Shown in pieces: positions 36,801 through 47,370 of a DNA stretch of 64,000 nt; position 1 is the stretch's first letter; every line of letters starts with the position of its first letter. The notes beneath the pieces were generated by a model. That model saw only the letters and a list, made by a program, of their open reading frames with translations. It did not search any database and was not told the origin of the DNA. Both the position numbers and the translations under genes were made by a program. The stretch comes from Mobula birostris (Eukaryota), in assembly GCF_030028105.1 (NCBI RefSeq), contig NC_092384.1:17677629-17741628 (forward strand), in the 5' to 3' direction.

Positions 36801-39665
36801 TCATCGGACAAAGTCAGCATGGATTTGTGAAGGGAAAATCATGTCTGATGAATCTCATTGAATTTTTTGAGGATGTAACTAGTAGAGTGTATAGGGGAGA
36901 ACCAGTGGATGTGGTATACTTGGATTTTCAAAAGGCTTTTGACAAGGTCCCACACAGGAGATTAGTGTGCAAACTTAAAGCACATGGTATTGGGGGTAAG
37001 GTATTGATGTGGATGGAGAATTGGTTAGCAGACAGGAAGCAAAGAGTGGGAATTAACGGGACCTTTTCAAAATGGCAGGCGGTGACTAGTGGGGTACCGC
37101 AAGGCTCAGTGCTGGGACCCCAGTTGTTTACAATATATATTAATGACTTGGATGAGGGAATTAAATGCAGCATCTCCAAGTTTGCGGATGACACGAAGCT
37201 GGGTGGCAGTGTTAGCTGTGAGGAGGATACTAAGAGGATGCAGGGTGACTTGGATAGGTTGGGTGAGTGGGCAAATTCATGGCAGATGCAATTTAATGTG
37301 GATAAATGTGAAGTTATCCACTTTGGTAGCAAAAATAGGAAAACAGATTATTATCTGAATGGTGGCCGATTAGGAAAAGGGGAGGTGCAACGAGACCTGG
37401 GTGTCATTATACACCAGTCATTGAAAGTGGGCATGCAGGTACAGCAAGCGGTGAAAAAGGCGAATGGTATGCTGGCATTTATAGCAAGAGGATTCGAGTA
37501 CAGCAGCAGGGAGGTACTACTGCTGTTGTACAAGGCCTTGGTGAGACCACACCTGGAGTATTGTGTGCAGTTTTGGTCCCCTAATCTGAGGAAAGACATC
37601 CTTGCCATAGAGGGAGTACAAAGAAGGTTCACCAGATTGATTCCTGGGATGGCAGGACTTTCATATGAAGAAAGACTGGATGAACTGGGCTTGTACTCGT
37701 TGGAATTTAGAAGATTTATGGGGGATCTGATTGAAACGTATAAAATCCTAAAGGGATTGGACAGGCTAGATGCAGGAAGATTGTTCCCGATGTTGGGGAA
37801 GTCCAGAACAAGGGGTCACAGTTTGAGGATAAAGGGGAAGCCTTTTAGGACCGAGATTAGGAAAAACTTCTTCACTCAGAGAGTGGTGAATCTGTGGAAT
37901 TCTCTGCCACAGGAAGCAGTTGAGGCCAGTACATTGGCTATATTTAAGAGGGAGTTAGATATGGCCCTTGTGGCTACGGGGGTCAGGGGGTATGGAGGGA
38001 AGACTGGGGCGGGGTTCTGAGTTGGATGATCAGCCATGATCATAATAAATGGCGGTGCAGGCTCGAAGGGCCGAATGGCCTACTCCTGCACCTATTTTCT
38101 ATGTTTCTGTGTTTATCCCACTCATAATTTTAAGCACCTCTATCAAGTCCCCTCTCAACCTTCTACGCTCCAAAAATAAAGATTGACTTTAATTCTTATC
38201 CAATCTGGCCATTTTCGTTCCTGTCTCTGCACTTCTAGGTCAGTTTTGTATTAACGCAAAGTGAGTGTCAGTGAATCTGCAAAACTATGCTGGTTTCAAT
38301 GAGATCGGCGTTGTGGAGCAGCACACGAATCAAGCTGTGTTTCTCACTGTAGAGGTTTTACACATCTATCCCATAATTGTCATTAATGAAGTGGCTTTGT
38401 TTGCCTTTGGGCTTTAGATGGAATTGAAGATATTCCTCTGTGAATTTACTGAACTGTTGATTACGGTGTTTCGATGTTCCCCGTTCCAAAAGCTCTTCGA
38501 GAGTTTGGCAGTATGGACGATGTAAATTAATTACTTATAAATATTTGTGGCTATACGTTTAAACAAATGCAGGATCGAAATCGGTAAAATACGTCGAGAT
38601 GTGGTAGTATAAAAGCAGGCTGAGGAACGGGCGGATATCGTTTTACCTCAACAACGCTTCGCTTGGAATTAGATGGCTTCTGATTTGCCCTTCAACACAA
38701 TTTGTCTACTGCTCCCAATCTCTACTTAGCTAACCCGAATCAAATCCTTTGACTAAAAATGAGGTGGTTCTGTTCATTCGCTGTTTAATGTTTTTGATTG
38801 TTTGAAGTTGTTGGGGCTGGTTGAAGAATAGGTAAATGCACGGAGACGGTGGGGAGTATTGTGTAGGAATATAACAAATACATGGTTGGAAATATCAACG
38901 GTCCAAATAATAAGTGGAGCAAAAGCCAATCGCCAGGTTCACATCGAAATAATAAACAGAATAATCCGAAAAACTCCAAAATGATATTTTCTTTTTTTCA
39001 AAAAAAAAGGTGTAAAGCGAATTAGTGACACAAATTTTCAAACAGCAATACCATTTCAAAACATTTCCGCAATCTTGGGTTTTCCTAAAATGCAAAAAGA
39101 TGAAAATGTTCCACTTACTTAGCACAATAAGCTGAGATCCACTTCCATTTCCAAATATTTGTTGTTGACTTTTCACTTGACAGTAATACACGCCGACGTC
39201 TGAGTAGCTCACATTCAGGAGAGTAAATGTGCCCCTGCCTTTCTTTACTTTGAACTTATTTCTGCTGTTTGGTTCTATAAATGCCTTCTGATCCTCCTTC
39301 CACCACGAAACTTCAGCAGTATCTTGTAATATTGGAAATTTGCAGAACATGGAATCAGTTTCACCGATTGGGACTCTTAAGATTGGAGGGAATTGTTCTA
39401 CATTGGTCGAAGTTGCTTTTGCGGCTGACAAAGCATAAGTGAGAATGATGAAAAGAGTTTTATTCATTGGACGAAGAATCAACTGACAAAATAGGCAGAA
39501 CAATGGTATGCGAATTGAATATTTACTATGACTAAAATTGCTGGGGGTAATTAATGTATAATATTATAAAATATCTACTTCGTAGATTGGGAACAAATAT
39601 TTAAGCGTACCTGGCCAAAACGCGGCGAGAAGCGCCAAGCACAAAACGTCTGCATCCACCGACAT
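30617..39665 (-). CDS. VJ-C1-TM-ITIM immunoglobulin-superfamily receptor, predicted 347 aa; join(39665-39611, 39424-39119, 36024-35728, 32300-32193, 31416-31373, 30850-30617)
   Basis: All six exons have AG/GT boundaries with compatible phases (1,1,1,1,0) and total 1044 nt with no internal stop. Domain order is signal peptide, V, C1, TM, two ITIMs. Confidence 0.85.
31373..31416 (-). CDS. Short cytoplasmic linker exon (44 nt): GIQRTSEEASPCGEP
   Basis: Acceptor GAATCCATTAG and donor CCG|GTAGGT. Converts phase 1 to the phase 0 that the terminal exon requires. Confidence 0.7.
31460..31785 (+). mobile_element. tRNA-derived SINE, antisense within the TM-linker intron
   Basis: A box TGGCCAAGTGG, B box AGTTCGAGCC, central GTGTCCTTGAGCAAGGCACTTAA. 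Confidence 0.8.
32193..32300 (-). CDS. Transmembrane exon (108 nt): DLDNINKPLILGGALSGLAIVVLIIILIRIGVKAKRG
   Basis: About 22 hydrophobic residues followed by a basic stop-transfer segment. Acceptor TTTCTTCTTTTATTACCAG, donor G|GTAAGA. Confidence 0.9.
33900..35560 (-). mobile_element. CR1 5' fragments (ORF1 end / ORF2 start) with an internal duplication
   Basis: DGLHLN...WILANR, ALYINARSIRNK, QEGKGGG; 34350-34560 is repeated at 34680-34920. Confidence 0.8.
35728..36024 (-). CDS. Ig C1-set exon (297 nt)
   Basis: C1 signatures LMCKTAAFYPKKLDILW, GLYEASSTL, YTCLVSHETL. Acceptor TTCTGTTGTAG, donor G|GTAAGA. Confidence 0.92.
36270..36605 (-). mobile_element. CR1 3' end fragment
   Basis: Reverse complement of the 3' end at 16100-16420. 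Confidence 0.85.
36620..38110 (+). mobile_element. 5'-truncated CR1 with an uninterrupted 454-aa RT ORF (36656-38020)
   Basis: NYRPVSLTS, LDFQKAFDKV, GVPQGSVLGP, SKFADDTK, VRPHLEYC; 3' tail TTTCTATGTTTCT. Confidence 0.95.
39119..39424 (-). CDS. Ig V-type exon (306 nt) with J-like G strand
   Basis: Translates VEQFPPILRVPIGETDSMFC-KFP...VSWWK...FTLLNVSYSDVGVYYC-QVKSQQQIFGNGSGSQLIVL. Acceptor TTTGTCAG, donor A|GTAAGT. Confidence 0.93.
39611..39665 (-). CDS. Leader (signal peptide) exon: MSVDADVLCLALLAAFWP
   Basis: ATG at 39665, hydrophobic core, phase-1 donor CCAG|GTACGC. A strong acceptor TTTCTATCTTTCAG ending at 39686 implies an upstream non-coding exon. Confidence 0.75.
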
Positions 39666-42600
39666 TGCAAATGAGAGTGGTCCACCTGAAAGATAGAAAT
39701 TCATCGGATGTAATAATCAAGTGCTCGTAATATATGAAGTCATGTGGTCAAGGTTCCATGTTGCCTTGGGTAGAAGAAATGCTGCAGATACAGGAAATCG
39801 CGAGGAATACACACAACGCGCGAGCGGAGCTCAGCATTAATGATGAAAGAGAAATAGTCGATGTTTCGGGGTAAGGTCCTTCTTCAGTACTGGAAAGGAC
39901 GGGAGAAGAAGCCACAATAAGGAGATAGGGGAGGGAAAGGCGTATAAGCTGGCAGGTGATAAGTGGAGGGAGGGGAAGTAAAGAGATGGAACTTGATAGG
40001 TGGATTTATATTCCGTCTCGGTAGCCTCCAATCTGCTGATATGAACATTGGTTTCTCTAACGTTCAGTAATTTCTCCCGTACACATTTCACCGTTTTCCA
40101 TTTTCCATTCTGCGTTCTTTTTCCTCCTCACCCCGCTTTTCTGCTGCTCCTCCATTACTTTCGCCAATAGCCCAATGACCTCTCCTATCAGATTCTTTCT
40201 CATTCAGCTCTTTCCTACTTCCACATATAGCCTTCGGGGCATTCCGAATTCACACAAGGCGTTTCCTATGTTCTAGTCCTTCCCGGTTCACTGCGTCTAA
40301 ATGATATAAGCTGCAGCCCGTTATTGATTCTTATCGTTAAGTAATTCTAGCACAGCACAGGAAAATGTCTTTCGACCAATGATGCCTGTATCGGTCAAAA
40401 TGCAAATTGAATTCTATCTGCTCGCTCTTTTTTTGCATGTTCATGGGCATGTTTAAATGTCTTTTAACTGTTGTGATAATATCAGCACTCCCCTAGGCAC
40501 TGTCAAGTCGCCTAACACTCTTTGCGTAACATACCTGCTTCACAAACCTCACTTATTTTTTTCTCTCTTACTTCAAGGCGATGCCCTCTATTAACTGCCG
40601 CGAATGTTCATGAGTGATACTAGTGAAGAGAGTGGCTCGGCCAACAGGATTATAGAATCCCGGTTCTCGACGATATTTAGACACTGTTTCGGAGAAAGGC
40701 GACCTGCATCATCCATAGGAAACGAGTTCAAGCAATTCACAACCGAAATTTAAGCTATATTGTAGTACACCTGAGGGAAGTCATGAGAGCACAAATGTAG
40801 CATGATACAAACTTCAGTATAAATTGAGACCGAGAAATCGTGATGACTGAGCTGTAAATTATTATTTCCCATCACTGTGGCGAAAATCAGGGAAGCCAAG
40901 GGATTAAGGGGAATTAACATTATTTTTTAAAAGATTCACGGGAGAAAAATAGAGGCGTCGGGGGAACGGGGTGCTCACGGTTTAATTAACGCAATCCGTT
41001 TGATGAACATACAGCACCTGATCAAATGTATCTTTTGATATTTTGAGAAGCTGCAGGAGAAATTGTCAGGCCTATTGAAATGATATCAGCATCGTTTCTA
41101 ACAAGGATTAGTGTTACCGCAGCATTGGAGAGTGACAAATGTGCATTTATTTAAGAAGATCTGCAAGGACAAGCGGAGATTTGAAGGTGGCGAGACGAAC
41201 ATCGGTGCGTAGAAAGTGTATCGGAGGGAGAGAATCTATCACAATTTGGAAAGGCAAAAGTTGAAATAGTGACCGTAGTATGGATTTGTCATTTGGAATC
41301 TCATCTCACAAATTTGATTGAGTTGTTTTGAAGAGGTGAAGAAAATTGTTGAGGGCAGTAATTGGACTATACCTTCAAAGACATTTGCAAGGTCCTCTAT
41401 GGCAAGCTTGCATGGAAAGCCAGGTGACATGGGAGCCAGGGTGAGCAAGCCACCTGAGCACAGCAACACAAGATTGGTTTAGGAGAGGGACTCAGAAGGT
41501 GACAGTGGAAATTTGATATCAAGAATAACCGCCTGCAACTAGTCGTGTACTAAACTGGTAGGTTCCAGTTCTAGTATTGTTCATCATCTCCGAAATATTT
41601 AGATGAAAATATCTTAACTTAGTTGATATCTTTCGGGATGCAACGACATTGGTGGTGACAGTGAAAGATAACTACGACGATAAACTGCGAAAGCAGGCCA
41701 AGCAAGTGCAGATAGAATATAACTCGGACATTTGCACAAATTGTATTTTGGTCAATTAAACTAGGGCCGGTATTGCACAGTAGATTGTCCAGGGCGTTGA
41801 AGTAAAACAACGTGACTGAGGGGTAGACGTAGACTGATCATTGAAGCTGACAAAAAAGATGGATAGACTGGTGAGGAAGGTAATTGACACATTTATTCAA
41901 CAGTTGTCGCAATGAGTACAGCACCTGGGCCGTAATATTCAACAGTACAAGTCGTTGCTGAAGCATAATAAGAGTATTCTGTGCATTTCAGATCATCCGG
42001 CCATAGAAAGTGCGCGATGAAGCTTGGAATAGTGCAGAAAATATTCACAAATACACTTGCGGGGCAGCGTGTTTTAGTTGTAGGCAGAGTCAGGGGTTAT
42101 TCTTCTCTAGAGCACAGGAGGTTGAGTGGTGAGCTTATATAGGTATATAAAAGCATGAGGGGTGTAAGCAGTGGTATGGTTACAGTCTTTTACCCAGAAC
42201 AGATTAATCGAAAATGAGAATGCATCTGTTCAAGTTGAGAAACAATACATTTAAATAGATGTGAGGCAAGCTTTCCAAAGCGAAGGGACTTGGTAACTGG
42301 AATAGAGTACGGGATCAATTTGTAGAATCGGGTACGATTATAATGTGCTGGGAACATTTGGATTGGTACACAGATAGAAAAGGTTTATTGTGATAAGGTC
42401 CAAACGCAAGAAAATCCGTCTAGCTGGGATAGGTTTCTGGGTCTACCTGGACGAAATGGGTTGAAATCCTGGTGATCCAGGATTTCAAATGTGTTGAAAT
42501 TGTATGATCTCATGTATTCCTCTGGGCTAGCGGGGAGGGGGGGTGGTGTTCCTTCGAATGCCGGAGATAGAAGGGCGATGTGATAATAACATAGGGTTAA

Positions 42601-43789
42601 TGCGTGATTTATCTAATTGATCCTTGATTATGGACATGGACGTAATCACGAAAATGTGTTCCGTGCACGTATAACTTATTCCCGTAAACCAGCAGTGTAT
42701 TCTCCAATTGCGGCCTCATGTTAAGGTCAATAGAAGAAAGAAGGACAGGATACAATTGTCCCACTCATATGAAATTAATTTGTGTGAAAAATATACCTAC
42801 CTGACTTTTAGAGGTGAGAGCAATATTCTCTGACTGGTTTATAGAAGGCAATAATAAGAATCACAGTCGAGGGTAAAACAAAGTAGCGATATCTTAACAA
42901 CTTAAAATACGCCTTACAAATACTAGCCAGACTCCATTGAAATCGTCAAATGCCTGTTAATTGAAATGTATTCACTGCTATAAACGGTGTTTAATCTGTT
43001 TGAAAGTATTGTTAACCAAGAAAAACATTTATTTGGAGATTAAAGATTTTTAAATGTTTAACTTTTGTTTTCGTTTTGGAGGATTTGTGAAGTTTTGAAA
43101 TTTACCCCCCCCCCAAAAAAATCAGTTGTTTAAAACGTTTTTGATTTGACAGTCCCAGTTAACTCTGAAGACTACTGGATTATTTTTCTCAAGAGACGTG
43201 TCACACTATTCGGGAAACCCCACGAATTGTGCATTATCTGACTATTACCATGTGCATGGGTTTATCACATAAAATCTTATCCAGCCGTCTGGATCGTTGT
43301 CATTGTTAAAAACAAATACTTGCAGGTATCTTGCAAGGATTGCAAATTCCACTGCACTTGCACTTTAACGTGAAAGGTTTTCGGTAGACGTGGAAGAATA
43401 AAAGAGTGAGAAACAAAATCAATGCCTTCTTTGCCACCGTTCATCGGGCGATCAATCAGAAATCTTAGATCTGTTTTGTTCTCCACTGACGTTCTATGAT
43501 CAGCTGTTAATCTCCATGTTTCCTCCAATTTTGCGAACAGCGCTTTTCTTTGGAATATTTTGCGGTTGTTGTCCAGAAATTACTGCGCAATACAACCTAA
43601 TGTTAATCCCCATGGTCCTGCATTACTTCATTCTAGTCTTTGAAAACATGGTGAGAAAATTGGGTCCAAGTCCAAAGGGACTTCAGCATGTTGTGTGCTC
43701 CTTCTTCCCTTCTCTCAGCGGCAGCTATATAAGCAATTCCCCGTGAGACACACCACATTATCTTTAGCTCACAGTGTTCATTTGTGCAA

Positions 43790-44550
43790 GAGATTCAGCA
43801 GATACTGGAAATCTAGAGCAACACGCTGGCAGATCAGGCAGCACTTATGGAAATAAATGAACGGTCAACATTTCGGTCCAAGACCCTTCATTAGGACTGG
43901 AAAGCAGGAGGGAAGATGCCAGAATAAAAAGTTGGTGAAGAGGAGGACAAGTTAGATTGTGATAGCTGAAGCCACGTTGAGTGTGCTTTGGTGGGTGGAG
44001 GGAAGCGTGTACGGTTCGGCGGTGGGATGAAGTAAGAAGCTAGGAGGTAAGAGGTTGAAAATGCAAAGAGCTGAAAAACAAGGAATCTAATAGGAGAGGA
44101 GAGTAGACTACGGGAGAAAGGGAAGGAAGTGGGTCAGAAGTGGATGTTATAGGCAGCAGAGCTGAGAAGATAAGAGGACAGAGGTGGGAACAGAAGAGAG
44201 ACGTGGGAGGGAAAAATACCTGAAGGAGAAGTCGATGTTCATGTCGTCAGGTTGGAGGCTACCTAAACTGAATCCGCGGTTTTGCTCGCCCACCCTGAGA
44301 GTAGCCTCATGAAGGCGTAAGAAGAGGACAGGAATCGCCATGTCGGAACGTGAATGGATAGGAATAAAAACGATTGGCTACTAGCAAATTCTACATTTCG
44401 GGATGGACTGAAGGTGATCGAAAAGTTGGTCCCCTAGTTTGCGTTGAGTCTCAACAAAGTAGATGAGGCCGCATCGGTAGCTGTGGCTGCAGTAGACGAA
44501 CCTAACCGACACGCAAGTGATTTGTTGCCTCACTGTTCGTGGCCCTGAAT
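43790..44550 (-). mobile_element. Penelope-like fragment
   Basis: Contains LGSLQPDDMNIDFS on the minus strand. Confidence 0.65.
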
Positions 44551-45410
44551 GGAGGTGATGAAGCTATAATTTTCAAGTTGTCTTCGCCTCTCAGGAAATT
44601 TTTCATTCCATTTCGATTTACATATTTTGATTCGAAACAAACTGATGTCTTCATCCATTTTAATACAACTTTGACGACACTTAAAAGTCATTTATGTCAT
44701 TCTACAATCTAGCTCGGTTGTGAAATTAATTACACAAATAAAAATCCTTTTATTCATAGAACGGCCACTTCTTTGTTTCAGTATGCGATCTGACGTCTAT
44801 ATCCGACGACATTTCATTATTCTCTGCCTTAAATGAAAATAAACCGCAATCATTCTCCAAATAGTCGCTCGCGATGTAACCTTTCACGCTTGGAAGGTTG
44901 TCAGTAATCGATATGGTTAAAAATTAAAACTTAAAGCTCTGTTTTATTTCATATTGTGATGAAGCCTCTCATTTTTCTCTTTCCAGAATGCACACGTCGT
45001 AGAATCGAAACACGGATTTTGCAGAAAAAAAACATTAGAAACATTTAGTTGCGAGGAAGAGGCTTTGAAGACACCTTTTAAAAAAGTAATCCATTGTCTG
45101 TAACCTAAAGGTCGAGCTTTTAAAAACAAAGCCAACAGTCCGCAAATCGATTTTTGAGACACGTAAATTTTAACCACGAAGTCTTTCCATGATATCATCA
45201 GCGGGCTCGTTAGTGCATTTTTATTCTCTCCGATTTGTAATTTCCTGTTGACTTGCACGTGGAGTTTGTTGTAGATCTTTAGCTGAAAGAAAACATTGAA
45301 TCCTGGAGTGCTTCACGGAAAAGGACTCTTCCAACCGTTCCATCCATTCAGAGCGAAGTATTTACGTAGCCGTTCTTATACCTGCTTCCAGCATGGGACC
45401 ACTACCTCTC

Positions 45411-47370
45411 TGTAGAAGAATTTCAGACTCTTTGGATATGTAGCGTGTTAACCTAATGGCTTGTGAATACTCCTGAGATTTAATTGAGATTCAACTAAAG
45501 GTTGCAGCGCCGGCTGGAATGCGACCAAAACGTTGTGATTTAGTTCAAGTTTTAAAGTCACGTAACGTTCTTGTTTGTTGCAATCTAGTTATAAGTTCAA
45601 AGTCAAGCAATATTCTTGTTAAGTGCTTTTAGTTACGTACGCTGTGTCTATATAATGAACTGTGTCTGAAAGCTAAGCAGAGCCCCTCAACACAGCCCTC
45701 CGTGATATCATGTATAATTAAAGTCCTTTTGTCCGAAATAATTCTCCGAGTCGGCCTGATTTCTTCTGTCTGCTGCTCCTGAGGTTTATCCGCAACAGAT
45801 TGGCCACTAGGATGGGATCCTCAATTTAGTCTCCGAGCTGAAAGGGGGAGGCTATAAGAGCAGGATCCAGCAAAAAGAACCCTAGGCCGAAAAGGAGAGG
45901 CAAGACAGAAAGGACCATTCCAAGTTGGGGCGAAAAATCAGTCTCCTAGCTGAAAGGGGAAGACTGGTGCCTTGCGTCCTAGCTGAAAGGGGCACGGCAG
46001 GGGGTGCTCGTACGGGTACCAGGGTAGCTACCGATCTATTGCGTAACCGAACTCAGAGAACTGTGGAAGAAACACACCAGTGAGCGCTATAGATAAGATT
46101 CTGTGTGAAATAATACGAGCACGCGGTATAGTTACTCTCTTTTGCAGAAAATGGGAAGTGCCAGCAGTCGAGCGGCTTCGGCTGCTCCTGCGGCGAAACC
46201 TCGGCGGCCGGGAACGCAAGGAAAGAACTTGGAAGTAAATAAGAAGACAAAAAACGAATGAAAACTGTAAAAAAAAAAAAAAAAGACCCAGCAGAAGGCA
46301 GAGGACCCTCTGGTGCTCCCAGTGTCGCCAGCGGACACAATAGTAAGAGAAACCAGGGATGACTGGTAAACTATAAACTTTAGCATTGATCTCTATGGGT
46401 GGTCTCAAGGAGACTGGCCCTAGGGGTTAGGTTTAAGATCCCCCTGATTCAGACTTGGAGGGAAGAAGTGGCGAACGGGAATGGGGACCCTAATTGGAAT
46501 TTTGAGTACATGACGTGACGTTTTGAAAAATTGATGGAGGTGGCCAAGAAGCACCAAATCCGCAAACCGAAAAAGGAGGAGGAGCCGTAGGGGAATGGGA
46601 GTTAGAGGTTAAGACAGGGGATGGAAGGGATGGGGCTATTCGATCTAAAGTAAGCACGCGCCATGGCAAGGAACATCAGTCTGTGCGGGAATCTACCACC
46701 CCTCAGATAAAGCAGGCGCCAAAAATCATGATTAGGGACGTACCCGTACTCAAAGCCTGGACTCTCTCTGAGGTCTGGATATGGTGGCAGAAGCCCCTAA
46801 TCCGGTAAAAAAAGACGGCTGCATTCCTCAGTTGGCTGGAACAAATGTGTGAGATCTACAAACCCCTACCAGGAGACTTACGAACTCTGTTGAGATGTGC
46901 TTATGGCAGCTCTTGAGTGGCCATAAAAGATACCTTACAGGTCCTACCTGGAGAGAATGGGGATTGGCGGGCAGACGATTTGCAGGTACCCCAGGGATAT
47001 GAATCACTAGAGTATTGGTTGCAGAATAGGGGTAAGAACGCCATCATGAGGGCAGCACAAAGACATGGGGATTTAAGGGAGTTGACCAGATGTTTGCAGA
47101 AGAAGGATGAGTACGCCCCTGATTTTATTGCCTTATTTCGGAATACGTGGGCATAACGGGCCATTAGAGGAAAACGGACCATTGGCAGTTCAAACTTTGC
47201 TCAATTGCATGCTGCCTCAGCAAGTGCGGGTTTTTTAAATGAGGACTTTGAATTGGCAGGCTATGCCTTGGGCGGAAATAGTCACCACGCTGGTAAATAT
47301 GGATCTGAAGGGACTATTTGTTGACCGCCGGGATGGACCCAAAACGCATGAGACACAATTACCAGCACTT
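45411..47370 (+). mobile_element. Endogenous retrovirus remnant: putative 5' LTR 45411-45797, leader and broken gag
   Basis: TG...CA-bounded 387-bp segment with TATA-like sequence, then TGG (PBS-like). Capsid-like WLEQMCEIYKPLPGDLRTLL and MHR-like QKKDEYAPDFIALFRNTW. Absent from the paralogous site near 26110. Confidence 0.6.

Noticed and set aside
36270-38110. Twin-priming inversion of a single CR1
   Set aside because: The inverted piece is a 3' end with a different tail family, so these are two independent insertions.
38606-38616. TATAAAAG as an antisense promoter in the V-C1 intron
   Set aside because: Single short motif, expected by chance in AT-rich DNA, with no supporting downstream exon.
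38895-39503. 202-aa ORF as a single-exon gene with its own signal peptide (MNKTLFIILTYALSA)
   Set aside because: The hydrophobic N-terminus is the translated polypyrimidine tract; good splice sites bound the 306-nt V exon and a better leader exon exists upstream.
7913-43780. CACAGTG heptamers (about 7913, 23374, 23588, 31569, 43770) as recombination signal sequences
   Set aside because: Those checked lack an ACAAAAACC-like nonamer at 12 or 23 bp, and none abuts a V or J segment; one lies inside a SINE.
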